Notes under the pieces: generated by a model
What the model was told of the DNA's origin: nothing
Databases searched by the model: none
The model's input: the letters and a program-made list of their open reading frames with translations, nothing else
Made by a program: the position numbers and the translations under genes
Source: Escherichia coli
Lineage (GTDB): Bacteria > Pseudomonadota > Gammaproteobacteria > Enterobacterales > Enterobacteriaceae
Assembly (NCBI RefSeq): GCF_003334305.1
Contig: NZ_QOWS01000015.1
Length of the DNA: 64,000 nt
Direction: 5' to 3' (one strand)
Shown: piece by piece, positions 42,961 to 61,671 of the stretch
Numbering within the stretch: the first letter of the stretch is position 1
Layout of the letters: each line of letters opens with the position of its first letter

Positions 42961-44099
42961 TCTTGTTCCAGTGCATTCACCCATCCTGCGTGCGGTTCAG
43001 CCAGTACCGGCGGCAGATCCTGCGGCATTCTTGATTGCAATATTTCGCGCTGCCCGTCAGGCAGTTTTTGCGGATCGAGAACAGAAGGATCGCCCCAGAC
43101 AACGGGATCTGCTTTACGCAGTTGCGCATCGGGTGAGAGCAGGAAATTGGCAACTACCTTCGCCGCAGCACTGGCATTCGCGTTGGCTGGAATGGTGACG
43201 AAATGCACGTTGCCTATCATCCCCTCGCGAAAGCCAAAACTGTAACTGCTTGCCGGCAAATCGCCGCTGGCGATTTTTTGCTGCGCATGCGCGGGGCTAA
43301 AGGTCAGCGACAGGCGCAATGTGCCGGCTTTCAGCAGAGCATCCATCCGCGCGGGCGAAGGCGGGAAATCCTTTCCTTCGCGCCACAAATACGGATGTAG
43401 CGCATCAAGATATTGCCACAAGGGAGCAGTGACACGGGCGAAAGTCGCATCGTCCGGCGCTTCTTTTAATGCGGCGGGATCTGGCGTCAGCATAATCAGC
43501 AACTGTTCAAGAAACGCCGTGCCGGTAAAGTCCGGTGGGCGCGGATAAGTAACCGTGCCGGGATTGACTTTAGCAAACTCCAGTAAGGCTTGCGGCGTTT
43601 GTGGTGGCTGTGGCGTAACATCGCGGCGGGCGATAAACGTCAGTTGTGCGCCGCCCCAGGGCGATTCCGCACCTTGTGTCGGCACTGAAAAATCTTCCCG
43701 CACCGGCAGCTGTGTGTCGACATAGCGCCAGTTGGGCAGAGTCTCCGCCCAGCCCGTTTGTAATAAATTGGCCTCTTTTAAGGTGCGGAAGTTTTCGCCG
43801 TTCACCCAGAGCAGATCCACCGAGCCGCCCGTTTTACGTCCGGCAGCAGCTTCGGTCTGAATGCGCTTCACCGCGTCTGCGGCATCCGCGAGACGAACAA
43901 TCTTCAGGTTTATAGCGTAATGGGTTTTCATCTCGCCGCTAACCCAGTCGAGATAGCGGTTAATTGCGGTATCGCCGCCCCAGGCGTTAAACCAGACGGT
44001 TTGCCCTTTGGCCTCATTTTTAATTTCCTGCCAGTCACTGGCATGTGTTGCCAAAGAAAACAGCGATAACAATCCCAGCAACCACCCACAATGGCGCAT
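42933..44099 (-). CDS. ynjB: ABC transporter periplasmic substrate-binding protein
   Basis: 388 aa with signal peptide. Confidence 0.85.
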   Translation of the reverse strand: MRHCGWLLGLLSLFSLATHASDWQEIKNEAKGQTVWFNAWGGDTAINRYLDWVSGEMKTHYAINLKIVRLADAADAVKRIQTEAAAGRKTGGSVDLLWVNGENFRTLKEANLLQTGWAETLPNWRYVDTQLPVREDFSVPTQGAESPWGGAQLTFIARRDVTPQPPQTPQALLEFAKVNPGTVTYPRPPDFTGTAFLEQLLIMLTPDPAALKEAPDDATFARVTAPLWQYLDALHPYLWREGKDFPPSPARMDALLKAGTLRLSLTFSPAHAQQKIASGDLPASSYSFGFREGMIGNVHFVTIPANANASAAAKVVANFLLSPDAQLRKADPVVWGDPSVLDPQKLPDGQREILQSRMPQDLPPVLAEPHAGWVNALEQEWLRRYGTH

Positions 44100-44108
44100 C
44101 TTCCCTCC

Positions 44109-44657
44109 TTAAGAACGTTTTTCCGGAATACGGCACAGCCCCTGAGCGGGAATGTCCATGGCAGAATTAAAACGAGCCGACAGGTTTTGCAGGCCGATCA
44201 ATGCCGTCAGTTCGGTGAGCGCCTGAGCGTCAAAATGCGCAGCCAGTCGGGTACGCAGGGCATCATCGACTGTTGGCGGTGTGACGCTTGCGGCTTCGGC
44301 GTACTCCAGCGCCAGCCGTTCTTCATCGCTAAAGAGCGGGCTTTGCCGCCAGTCAGCCACTGCCAGCAGTTTATCGTTGCTGCCGGTACGCTCGGCGACT
44401 TTCATACTGGTGATATCCACGCAAAACTCACACAGGCACATTTGCGCAATGCGCGCGCTGACAAGCGATCGCACTACCGGATCGAGCGGTGAGCGTTTGC
44501 GCTCCAGCCACCCAACAAACATTGACACCAAATAAAAGATAAACGGGATCCGCCCCCACCAGCGAATCGGGCTTAGCACCTCGCCGTAATGGCGACGATG
44601 CAGCCACGCCTGCGGACGTAAAATGAAAGGAATTTTGCTAAGCGGCGGTAAACCCAT
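44109..44657 (-). CDS. ynjA: Carboxymuconolactone decarboxylase (AhpD-like) family protein
   Basis: 182 aa; start overlaps the ydjZ stop by 1 nt. Confidence 0.8.
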   Translation of the reverse strand: MGLPPLSKIPFILRPQAWLHRRHYGEVLSPIRWWGRIPFIFYLVSMFVGWLERKRSPLDPVVRSLVSARIAQMCLCEFCVDITSMKVAERTGSNDKLLAVADWRQSPLFSDEERLALEYAEAASVTPPTVDDALRTRLAAHFDAQALTELTALIGLQNLSARFNSAMDIPAQGLCRIPEKRS

Positions 44658-45364
44658 CAGTCATTCCTCTTCTGGCGCTCAAGCCATATTTTCTTCGCCA
44701 TAAAAATCACCACGGTCAGGGCAAACAGAATAAACAGTCCGGTGACAAACCAGAAAGTACCGCCTGTTAACATGCTGCCCGCCCAGGAATAAACAATAGT
44801 CGCCGGTAATTGACCAAGCCCGGTGGCGATAAAAAACGAGCGAAAACGTATTGAAGTCAGACCGGCAGCATAGCTGATTGGATCGAAAGGGACAAAAGGC
44901 AATAACCGACAGACCAGGATGGTGTGTTTGCCGTAGCGAGTGAAAAAGCCGTCCATACTGTCAAGCACGGTTTTGCCGGTTAATTTTTCCACCACTTCGC
45001 GGCCCATCACTCTGGCGATAAAAAAGCACAGCGCCGCGCCGGCCATCGAACTGGTCCACGACAGCAAGCCGCCCCAGAACGCGCCAAACAGCGACGCATT
45101 GGCAAAGGTGATCAAAAACGCAGGTAGCGGTGCAGCAATGGCCTGTAAAATCATCAACAAGAACGAGACAACTGCCGCCAGTGCGCCGTAAGACTGAATA
45201 AAGCGTTCTATACCCTGTTGGTCCACGGCGGCAAACGCCGCAACGCTGCGATTGATAAACTCATGGACGCCGGGAAGCAGCGCCCATGCGAGCAGCATAG
45301 CGAACAACAGGATGATGAGGGTTATACGGTAGTACCAGATTTTACGCGATTGTATCTTCATCAT
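44657..45364 (-). CDS. ydjZ: DedA/TVP38-family inner membrane protein
   Basis: 235-aa multi-TM ORF. Confidence 0.85.
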   Translation of the reverse strand: MMKIQSRKIWYYRITLIILLFAMLLAWALLPGVHEFINRSVAAFAAVDQQGIERFIQSYGALAAVVSFLLMILQAIAAPLPAFLITFANASLFGAFWGGLLSWTSSMAGAALCFFIARVMGREVVEKLTGKTVLDSMDGFFTRYGKHTILVCRLLPFVPFDPISYAAGLTSIRFRSFFIATGLGQLPATIVYSWAGSMLTGGTFWFVTGLFILFALTVVIFMAKKIWLERQKRND

Positions 45365-45378
45365 CCTTTATCCTGGCT

Positions 45379-46056
45379 TTATTCGGTGATTTTAAAGGTA
45401 ACCGTTGCCAGCGTGTTATCCGCCGGGAGAACTGAGGCATTGCCTTTGAATTTCACTTCGCCGCGTTTTTCCACCGCACCATAAGTGTATGTTGCATTGC
45501 TGACGATGCCGACCGGGCAGCTATCCAGACACACCAGGCAACCCGTTTTCTTCTCTTCTGCTGCCGTTAAATTACCGCCAAAGCGCATGTCCAGTTTCTT
45601 GCCATTACTGTCAACAATCACTTCATCGAAGGAATACGCTTTTGCCGCCCCTTGCCAGTTGACCGAAATATCCAGTTTGCTGCCTGTGACATGAGTCGTT
45701 TCTTTATTATCCATCGTCATGTTTTCGCCCGGCGTACCACCTGCCTCTTTCAGGGCTTCATAAAATGCTTTCGGGGTCGCATAAGCCATAAACAGCGATT
45801 TATGTCCGTTGGAGCCATCTTTAAACACAATACCGTGACGAGTGTCGTCGGTGAGGAAACGACCATTAATTTGCACCAGCATGGTTACCGTATGGTTATT
45901 GGCATCGACGCGCAGCGGTTGGCTGTTCGAAAGTCCGTCGTATTCCACTTTTGCCGCCGCATTCTCTTTTTGATCGCAGCCGCTAAGCCCGGCAACAGCC
46001 AGTAAGCAGAGTGCAGCCAGTCCTTTTTTCCATGACACTGAATAATGTTGCGACAT
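45379..46056 (-). CDS. ydjY: Lipoprotein YdjY
   Basis: Start at internal ATG (MSQHYSVSWKKGLAALCLLAVAGLSGC) with lipobox; about 225 aa. Confidence 0.8.
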   Translation of the reverse strand: MSQHYSVSWKKGLAALCLLAVAGLSGCDQKENAAAKVEYDGLSNSQPLRVDANNHTVTMLVQINGRFLTDDTRHGIVFKDGSNGHKSLFMAYATPKAFYEALKEAGGTPGENMTMDNKETTHVTGSKLDISVNWQGAAKAYSFDEVIVDSNGKKLDMRFGGNLTAAEEKKTGCLVCLDSCPVGIVSNATYTYGAVEKRGEVKFKGNASVLPADNTLATVTFKITE

Positions 46057-46060
46057 CGTT

Positions 46061-46771
46061 CTATCCTTCATTTTTTGGGTGAGTAAGTGGGCTGCGGCGC
46101 GAAGCAGACAGATCCACATGTTTGTGTCGGGCGTAGAGTTTTGCGAGCTGGACGAGAATAAACAGCGCCAGGCCCGCCAGACAGAGTTGTAAAATAAAGC
46201 GCAGCGTAATGCCTTCATTGGCGAGATCGCTTGCCATCACGGTATAAATAACAATACCGGGCAGGGTCGTGAGTGCCGAAATAAGGGTATAAGGCCAGAA
46301 GGCGATGGTGGTTAATCCGTAAGCGTAATTTTGAATATTGTAAGGAAACAACGGGATTAAGCGGGTCAGAATAAGAAAATCAATACCGTTACGCGCAATG
46401 CCTTTTTCAATGGCCTGGAAGGTATGGCTATGGCCCACGTATTTCAGCAGTAAATCACGTCCCAGCCAGCGCGCCAGCAGGAATGAGCACGAGGAGGCCA
46501 GCGTTGCGGCAATTAATGAGAGTAGTGTCCCTAAGAGCGGGCCAAAAACTATTCCTCCAGCGATCACCAGTATGCTTCCTGGTAACAGAAAGAGGGTGGC
46601 AATGATGAATAACAGAATATAGAGGCTACAACCGAACAATCCGCTCTGGCGAATGAGTGTCTGTAAGTGGGGTAAATCGGTGAGCAGATCGAATAAACCG
46701 AAAGCGTGGATAGCGTAAATGACCAGCGCAAAAATAAGACAGGCAAACAGAAAGTTACGCTCAGCGTTCAT
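46061..46771 (-). CDS. ydjX: TVP38/TMEM64 (DedA-related) family inner membrane protein
   Basis: Start at internal ATG (MNAERNFLFACLIF...), about 236 aa. Confidence 0.8.
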   Translation of the reverse strand: MNAERNFLFACLIFALVIYAIHAFGLFDLLTDLPHLQTLIRQSGLFGCSLYILLFIIATLFLLPGSILVIAGGIVFGPLLGTLLSLIAATLASSCSFLLARWLGRDLLLKYVGHSHTFQAIEKGIARNGIDFLILTRLIPLFPYNIQNYAYGLTTIAFWPYTLISALTTLPGIVIYTVMASDLANEGITLRFILQLCLAGLALFILVQLAKLYARHKHVDLSASRRSPLTHPKNEG

Positions 46772-46937
46772 CGTGGAGTTTCCTATATCAAACTTGATAA
46801 TAGAGAAGTGGTCAGACAACTAAAAACGCAGTGACGGTATAACAAAGGACGGCAGGCAACAAATCATTACTGACAGTTTGTTGATTTTTCTCAAGGTTAA
46901 TTCTCCTGACCCAGTTTGAGCCAGGAGAGCTGCTAAA

Positions 46938-47744
46938 TTAGCGGCGGAAGGTCGCCCAGACGGGGGCGTGATCGGACGGTTTTTCCATGCTGCGAATTTC
47001 ATAGTCGATGCCGGTTTCTACGCAACATTCTGCCAGCGGTTGGCTGGCGAGCAGCAGGTCGATGCGCAGACCACGGTTATCGTCAAAACCTTTTGAGCGG
47101 TAATCAAACCATGAGAAACGATCTGCTGTTTGCGGATTAGCATGGCGGAAGGTATCGACCAACCCCCAGCTCATCAGCCTGTCCATCCATTCGCGCTCTT
47201 CCGGCAGGAAAGAGCATTTACCGGTACGCAGCCAGCGCTTACGGTTTTCTTCGCCAATGCCGATATCCAGATCTGTAGGGCTGATATTCATATCGCCCAT
47301 AATCAGTACCGGATTATCACGTTTGAGTTCGGTTTCCAGGTAGTTTTGCAGATTCTGATAAAACTGCGCTTTTGCCGGGAATTTTATCGGATGGTCGCGG
47401 CTTTCACCCTGCGGGAAGTAACCGTTGATCACGGTGACATTACCCAGCAGTGAGGGGATTTCCGCCATAATAATCCGCCGCTGCGCCTCTTCGTCGTCAC
47501 CGGGAAAGCCGCGACGCACGGCAATCGGCGTCTCTTTGGTCAGCAGCGCCACGCCATAATGGCCTTTCTGCCCGTGATAAAACACGTTGTAGCCGAGCTT
47601 CGCCACCTCTTCGAGCGGAAACATATCGTCATGAACTTTTGTCTCCTGCAGGCCAATCACATCCGGTTGGTGCTTTTCGACGATGGCTTCAAGCTGGTGA
47701 GGTCTGGCGCGCAGGCCGTTGATATTAAAAGAGACAAATTTCAT
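46938..47744 (-). CDS. xthA: Exodeoxyribonuclease III
   Basis: Translation begins [14 protein letters not shown]; start at internal ATG, 268 aa. Confidence 0.95.
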
Positions 47745-48102
47745 AGTCGCTGCCATTTATTCAGATAAAGAGTGCGTGGATGGTAGCAGAATTTCGCGTT
47801 GCTTACCGCCTGTTGTTAAGTGATTTGATCGATGGTTGTTAATGATGTCAACGATGGCGCAAAAAATGCCCGCTTTTGGTGCGCGCTGCGTCAGAATGGC
47901 GCAGTAATTTCCAGTAAATTTCGTCAATGATCACAATTCCAGAATTATATTTTACTTCTGCATAACATTGCGTTTTTTATTCTTTTTATTCACCCACATC
48001 GCAAACGTATTCACTTTATATGCACTTTAAATGCATATGGTTTGGTTATAACTCCTTGATTTCCAGTTAGCCTCCGCCGTTTATGCACTTTTATCACTGG
48101 CT

Positions 48103-48118
48103 GGCACGAACCCTGCAA
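48103..48118 (+). promoter_or_regulatory. Sigma-54 (-24/-12) promoter element of the ast operon
   Basis: TGGCACgaaccCTGCA with GG-N10-GC spacing, about 70 nt upstream of astC; the ast operon is known to be NtrC/sigma-54 dependent. Confidence 0.6.
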
Positions 48119-48153
48119 TCTACATTTACAGCGCAAACATTACTTATTGTTAA

Positions 48154-54217
<6,064 letters not shown>

Positions 54218-54461
54218 TACTTACCCGCAGAAATCATTCTGCGGGTATTAAGTTGCTTTCTTATAAATTAATACAGATTAATCCTGGTTATTTGCTTTAT
54301 TTATCACCAGTCATCCGGTATAGTTCTTCATAATCTCTGCAAAATCATCGTGTTGTATTATTCTCTCATCACTCTCCATCAAATTTTCTTTTTTTCTCCA
54401 TAATTGGCGCAAAAGTGTTTTTTACACTTTCATTGTTTTACCGTTGCTCTGATTAATTGAC

Positions 54462-54477
54462 GCTAAAGTCAGTAAAG
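54462..54477 (+). promoter_or_regulatory. Possible CpxR-type direct repeat in the spy promoter
   Basis: ctaaagtcagtaaag approximates the GTAAA-N5-GTAAA repeat; spy is a known Cpx/Bae target; weak match. Confidence 0.3.
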
Positions 54478-54546
54478 TTAATCTCGTCAACACGGCACGC
54501 TACTTAAGAAAGCCGTAATAAATAACTGAAAGGAAGGATATAGAAT

Positions 54547-55032
54547 ATGCGTAAATTAACTGCACTGTTTGTTGCCTCTACCCTGGCTCTTGGCGCGGCT
54601 AACCTGGCCCATGCCGCAGACACCACTACCGCAGCACCGGCTGACGCGAAGCCGATGATGCACCACAAAGGCAAGTTCGGTCCGCATCAGGACATGATGT
54701 TCAAAGACCTGAACCTGACCGACGCGCAGAAACAGCAGATCCGCGAAATCATGAAAGGCCAGCGTGACCAGATGAAACGTCCGCCGCTGGAAGAACGCCG
54801 CGCAATGCATGACATCATTGCCAGCGATACCTTCGATAAAGCAAAAGCTGAAGCGCAGATCGCAAAAATGGAAGAACAGCGCAAAGCTAACATGCTGGCG
54901 CACATGGAAACCCAGAACAAAATTTACAACATCCTGACGCCGGAACAGAAAAAGCAATTTAATGCTAATTTTGAGAAGCGTCTGACAGAACGTCCAGCGG
55001 CAAAAGGTAAAATGCCTGCAACTGCTGAATAA
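54547..55032 (+). CDS. spy: Periplasmic ATP-independent chaperone Spy
   Basis: 161 aa with signal peptide and the LTDAQKQQIREIM-type helical repeat. Confidence 0.95.
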   Translation: MRKLTALFVASTLALGAANLAHAADTTTAAPADAKPMMHHKGKFGPHQDMMFKDLNLTDAQKQQIREIMKGQRDQMKRPPLEERRAMHDIIASDTFDKAKAEAQIAKMEEQRKANMLAHMETQNKIYNILTPEQKKQFNANFEKRLTERPAAKGKMPATAE

Positions 55033-55054
55033 TCTTTCAGCCAAAAAACTTAAG

Positions 55055-55115
55055 ACCGCCGGTCTTGTCCACTACCTTGCAGTAATGCGGTGGACAGGAT
55101 CGGCGGTTTTCTTTT
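55055..55115 (+). terminator. Long-stem Rho-independent terminator of spy
   Basis: Extended inverted repeat (accgccggtcttgtccac...gtggacaggatcggcggt) followed by TTTTCTTTTCTCTTC. Confidence 0.7.
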
Positions 55116-55156
55116 CTCTTCTCAAACAGTTGTAAAAAAAGCCTGATCACCACTAA

Positions 55157-56657
<1,501 letters not shown>

Positions 56658-56719
56658 TGTTGACTCCGAATGCTGGTTATCTATCCAGTGTAACAGCCGG
56701 GAAGCGATTAAAAAAGAGG

Positions 56720-56870
56720 CGGGTCGATGACAAAGGTTACACCGTCTGACGTGCTACGCCTGTCAGGCCTATTCGACTCCTGCAATGTATTGAATTTGCA
56801 TAGTTTTGTAGGTCGAATAAGGCGTTCACGCCGCATCCGGCGTGAACAAATTACTCTTTTTCGCACAATC
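56720..56870. repeat. REP/BIME elements between cho and nadE
   Basis: gcctgtcaggcc and aggcgttcacgccgcatccggcgtgaac palindromic units. Confidence 0.6.
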
Positions 56871-56886
56871 CAATATGTGCAAATTA

Positions 56887-57714
56887 TTACTTTTTCCAGA
56901 AATCATCGAAAACGGTAATTGGCGGACGGCGTTTATGTTCGGTTTTCAGATACCAGTTCTCTATTGTTCTGGCGACCTGTTCAGGTACGTTTTTCCCTTC
57001 CAGATAGTCGTCGATATTGTCATAGGTCACGCCGAGTGCCACTTCATCTGGCAGAGAAGGGCGATCATCTTCCAGATCGGCCGTTGGCGCTTTCTTATAA
57101 AGGTGTTCCGGGCAACCTAATGCCGCCAGTAACTGTTTACCCTGACGTTTGTTGAGACGATACAGCGGATTAATGTCCGTACCGCCGTCACCATATTTAG
57201 TGAAGAATCCGGTAATGGCTTCTGCTGCATGATCGGTGCCCACCACGACACCGCTGGTCATACCCGCAATGCTATATTGTGCTTTCATCCGCTCACGCGC
57301 TTTTTCATTGCCACGGACAAAATCGCTCAGTTCAATGCCTGCTTCCCGCAATGCCTGCTCGCTAGCCAATACCGCGCCCTTGATATTAACGGTTAATACG
57401 CGATCCGGTTGAATAAAGGCAATGGCATCCTGGCAATCTTGTTCGTCGGCCTGAACACCATAGGGCAGGCGTACGGCAATAAATTGCAGTGATTCGTTGC
57501 CAGTTTCCTGGCGCAGCTCATTAATCGCCATCTGGCACAGCTTTCCGGCAAGCGTGGAGTCCTGACCGCCGCTGATCCCGAGCACCAGTGATTTAATGAA
57601 CGGATAAGTTTGCAGGTAGCTTTTCAGAAAATCGACACTACGACGAATTTCCTCTTCAGCATTAATCTGCGGTTTTGCGCCCAGCGCCTTTATTATTTGT
57701 TGTTGCAATGTCAT
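56887..57714 (-). CDS. nadE: NH3-dependent NAD+ synthetase
   Basis: 275 aa with the PP-loop motif (SGGQDS). Confidence 0.95.
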
Positions 57715-57915
57715 TGAACCCCTCCAGACAGAAAAGACAAAACTTCCTTAAAGCTAACCCGTTGCTACTGAAACGACAAGCGACAGCGGGCTGAATGGTG
57801 GTTAAAACGTCATACAGGAATCCTCTGAAAGCGGAGCCGTTTCGTTCACGGGCTTGAAAAAGCGCCCAATGTATTCCAGGCTTATCTAACACGCTGATAA
57901 ACAAGAGGACGGAAT

Positions 57916-58254
57916 ATGAACAAGAATATGGCAGGAATTCTGAGTGCAGCGGCGGTATTAACCATGCTGGCGGGTTGTACGGCTTATGATCGTACCAAAG
58001 ACCAGTTTGTACAGCCTGTGGTGAAAGACGTCAAAAAAGGCATGAGCCGGGCGCAGGTTGCACAAATTGCGGGTAAACCTTCGTCTGAAGTGAGCATGAT
58101 CCATGCTCGCGGTACTTGCCAGACCTACATCCTGGGTCAACGTGATGGTAAAGCAGAAACCTACTTTGTCGCGTTAGATGATACCGGACATGTCATCAAC
58201 TCCGGTTATCAGACCTGTGCTGAATACGACACTGATCCACAGGCTGCGAAGTAA
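57916..58254 (+). CDS. osmE: Osmotically inducible lipoprotein E
   Basis: 112 aa with lipobox LAGC. Confidence 0.9.
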
Positions 58255-58285
58255 TCAATTCGTCTGAAAGCTTGAGTAACAACGG

Positions 58286-58312
58286 AAACCGGCCATTGCG
58301 CCGGTTTTTTTT
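58286..58312 (+). terminator. Rho-independent terminator of osmE
   Basis: Stem accggc/gccggt followed by T8. Confidence 0.75.
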
Positions 58313-58552
58313 GGCCTGAGTTCTTAATTATCTTCGCGAATTATTTGCCCGAAATGTGAAGAGGGTCATAACCACAGGTCAAGGAGAAACAATTTATAAG
58401 GTCAAAGAAATACTATTGCTCAGGTCTATACCGTATACTCCTTTCAGCCACAAAAAAAGTCATGTTGGTTTCGCAAGTTACCCAGAGCATGGAAGCAGGT
58501 TAAGGCTTGCGGAGTGTCTGGCTGACAGATAATCGTCGATGAGGGCAGTTTT

Positions 58553-58873
58553 ATGGAAAAGAAACACATTTATCTGTTTTGTTCTGCGGGCATGTCTACC
58601 TCTTTACTGGTATCAAAAATGCGCGCACAGGCAGAAAAATATGAAGTTCCGGTCATTATTGAAGCATTTCCGGAAACACTGGCTGGTGAAAAAGGTCAGA
58701 ATGCCGATGTCGTGTTATTAGGGCCGCAGATTGCTTATATGTTGCCCGAAATCCAGCGTTTGTTACCCAACAAACCGGTTGAAGTAATTGACTCGCTGCT
58801 TTATGGCAAAGTCGATGGTTTAGGCGTGCTTAAGGCTGCGGTTGCAGCGATTAAAAAAGCCGCAGCAAATTAA
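58553..58873 (+). CDS. chbB: PTS chitobiose-specific EIIB component
   Basis: 106 aa with the phospho-Cys motif near the N-terminus ([10 protein letters not shown]). Confidence 0.95.
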   Translation: MEKKHIYLFCSAGMSTSLLVSKMRAQAEKYEVPVIIEAFPETLAGEKGQNADVVLLGPQIAYMLPEIQRLLPNKPVEVIDSLLYGKVDGLGVLKAAVAAIKKAAAN

Positions 58874-58957
58874 TTTATTTTAAATTTTCCCGTCAAAGAG
58901 TTATTTCATAAATCAATACCGCAATATTTAAATTGCGGTTTTTAAGGGTATTTTTCT

Positions 58958-60316
58958 ATGAGTAATGTTATTGCATCGCTTGAAAAGGTACTCCTCCCTT
59001 TTGCAGTTAAAATAGGAAAGCAGCCACACGTTAATGCAATCAAAAATGGCTTTATTCGCTTAATGCCGTTAACCCTTGCGGGGGCCATGTTTGTATTAAT
59101 TAATAACGTTTTTCTAAGCTTTGGGGAGGGGTCGTTTTTTTATTCCTTAGGTATTCGCCTCGACGCCTCAACCATTGAAACACTTAATGGTCTGAAAGGT
59201 ATTGGCGGCAACGTATATAACGGAACATTAGGGATAATGTCTTTAATGGCACCGTTCTTTATTGGCATGGCGCTGGCAGAAGAGCGTAAAGTCGATGCGC
59301 TGGCGGCTGGGTTGTTATCCGTTGCAGCATTTATGACCGTCACCCCATATAGTGTCGGTGAGGCCTATGCGGTTGGCGCAAACTGGTTAGGTGGAGCGAA
59401 TATCATCTCCGGGATTATTATTGGCCTGGTGGTGGCAGAAATGTTTACCTTTATTGTCCGCCGCAATTGGGTCATTAAATTGCCCGATAGCGTACCTGCT
59501 TCAGTATCGCGTTCCTTCTCGGCATTAATTCCCGGCTTTATTATTCTTTCCGTGATGGGGATTATTGCCTGGGCGTTGAATACCTGGGGCACCAACTTCC
59601 ATCAGATCATTATGGATACCATCTCAACCCCACTGGCATCGTTGGGTAGCGTGGTGGGCTGGGCCTATGTGATCTTTGTTCCACTGCTCTGGTTCTTCGG
59701 TATTCATGGCGCGCTGGCGCTGACCGCACTGGACAACGGCATTATGACGCCGTGGGCGCTGGAAAATATCGCGACCTATCAGCAATATGGTTCCGTCGAA
59801 GCGGCGCTGGCAGCCGGTAAGACCTTCCATATCTGGGCCAAGCCGATGCTGGACTCCTTTATTTTCCTTGGGGGCAGTGGTGCGACTTTAGGCCTGATCC
59901 TGGCTATCTTTATCGCCTCTCGCCGTGCTGATTATCGTCAGGTGGCAAAACTGGCGCTGCCGTCCGGCATCTTCCAGATTAACGAACCGATTCTGTTTGG
60001 TCTGCCAATTATCATGAACCCGGTGATGTTTATCCCGTTTGTACTGGTACAACCGATTCTGGCGGCAATCACCCTCGCAGCGTACTACATGGGCATCATT
60101 CCTCCGGTGACCAATATTGCACCGTGGACCATGCCAACCGGTCTGGGAGCCTTCTTTAACACCAACGGTAGCGTCGCCGCATTGCTGGTCGCACTCTTCA
60201 ACCTTGGTATCGCAACGTTAATTTATCTGCCCTTTGTTGTGGTGGCTAACAAAGCACAAAACGCGATTGATAAAGAAGAGAGCGAAGAAGATATCGCTAA
60301 CGCCCTGAAATTTTAA
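58958..60316 (+). CDS. chbC: PTS chitobiose-specific EIIC permease
   Basis: 452-aa multi-TM ORF. Confidence 0.95.
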
Positions 60317-60366
60317 TCGATGCCGGTACGGGTAATCGTGCCGGTAAGAATAGAGAGGAACGATGT

Positions 60367-60717
60367 ATGATGGATCTCGATAACATTCCCGATACGCAAA
60401 CGGAAGCTGAAGAGCTGGAAGAAGTGGTGATGGGGCTTATCATCAACTCCGGACAAGCGCGCAGCCTGGCGTATGCGGCACTGAAACAGGCGAAGCAGGG
60501 CGATTTTGCTGCAGCAAAAGCCATGATGGATCAGTCACGGATGGCATTGAATGAAGCGCATCTGGTACAGACGAAACTGATTGAAGGCGATGCGGGCGAA
60601 GGTAAGATGAAAGTGAGTCTGGTGCTGGTCCACGCTCAGGATCATTTAATGACGTCCATGCTTGCGCGTGAACTGATTACTGAATTAATTGAGCTTCATG
60701 AAAAACTGAAGGCATAA
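60367..60717 (+). CDS. chbA: PTS chitobiose-specific EIIA component
   Basis: 116-aa helical ORF. Confidence 0.9.
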   Translation: MMDLDNIPDTQTEAEELEEVVMGLIINSGQARSLAYAALKQAKQGDFAAAKAMMDQSRMALNEAHLVQTKLIEGDAGEGKMKVSLVLVHAQDHLMTSMLARELITELIELHEKLKA

Positions 60718-60724
60718 GGAGTCG

Positions 60725-61567
60725 ATGATGCAGCCAGTGATTAACGCGCCGGAAATTGCCACTGCCCGAGAACAGCAGTTGTTTAATGGCAAAAACTTCC
60801 ATGTGTTTATCTATAACAAAACTGAGAGTATCAGCGGGCTGCATCAGCACGACTATTATGAATTTACTCTGGTATTAACCGGGCGTTATTTCCAGGAGAT
60901 TAACGGTAAGCGCGTGTTACTGGAACGGGGCGATTTTGTTTTTATTCCGTTAGGTTCGCACCATCAAAGTTTTTATGAGTTTGGTGCCACGCGTATATTG
61001 AACGTTGGGATCAGTAAACGCTTTTTTGAGCAGCATTACCTGCCGTTGTTGCCTTATTGCTTTGTCGCTTCGCAGGTATACCGGACCAATAACGCTTTTC
61101 TCACCTATGTGGAAACAGTGATTTCTTCATTGAATTTCCGCGAAACAGGGCTGGAAGAGTTTGTTGAGATGGTTACTTTTTATGTCATTAACCGTTTACG
61201 TCATTACCGCGAAGAACAGGTGATTGATGATGTACCGCAGTGGCTGAAAAGTACGGTAGAAAAGATGCATGATAAAGAGCAGTTTAGTGAATCGGCGCTG
61301 GAGAATATGGTGACGTTGTCAGCCAAATCACAGGAATATTTGACGCGAGCGACTCAACGATATTATGGCAAAACACCAATGCAGATTATTAATGAGATCC
61401 GTATTAATTTTGCCAAAAAACAACTGGAAATGACCAACTATTCCGTGACGGATATTGCGTTTGAGGCCGGTTATAGTAGCCCGAGTTTGTTTATTAAAAC
61501 GTTTAAGAAATTAACGTCCTTTACGCCTAAGAGCTATCGTAAGAAATTGACTGAATTTAATCAGTAA
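60725..61567 (+). CDS. chbR: AraC-family dual regulator of the chb operon
   Basis: 280 aa with C-terminal AraC-type helix-turn-helix. Confidence 0.9.
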   Translation: MMQPVINAPEIATAREQQLFNGKNFHVFIYNKTESISGLHQHDYYEFTLVLTGRYFQEINGKRVLLERGDFVFIPLGSHHQSFYEFGATRILNVGISKRFFEQHYLPLLPYCFVASQVYRTNNAFLTYVETVISSLNFRETGLEEFVEMVTFYVINRLRHYREEQVIDDVPQWLKSTVEKMHDKEQFSESALENMVTLSAKSQEYLTRATQRYYGKTPMQIINEIRINFAKKQLEMTNYSVTDIAFEAGYSSPSLFIKTFKKLTSFTPKSYRKKLTEFNQ

Positions 61568-61671
61568 GTCGTTATACCTGACAATTCACATATCTGTACT
61601 GTTGCTGGATTATTTATGTCCGGGGGGGCAGATATGCCAGATATCAGTATTCTGTACTGAAGGGAGAAATT

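Noticed and set aside
54556-55044. 162-aa minus-strand ORF overlapping spy
   Set aside because: Antisense shadow of the spy coding region; Cys- and Phe-rich nonsense translation.
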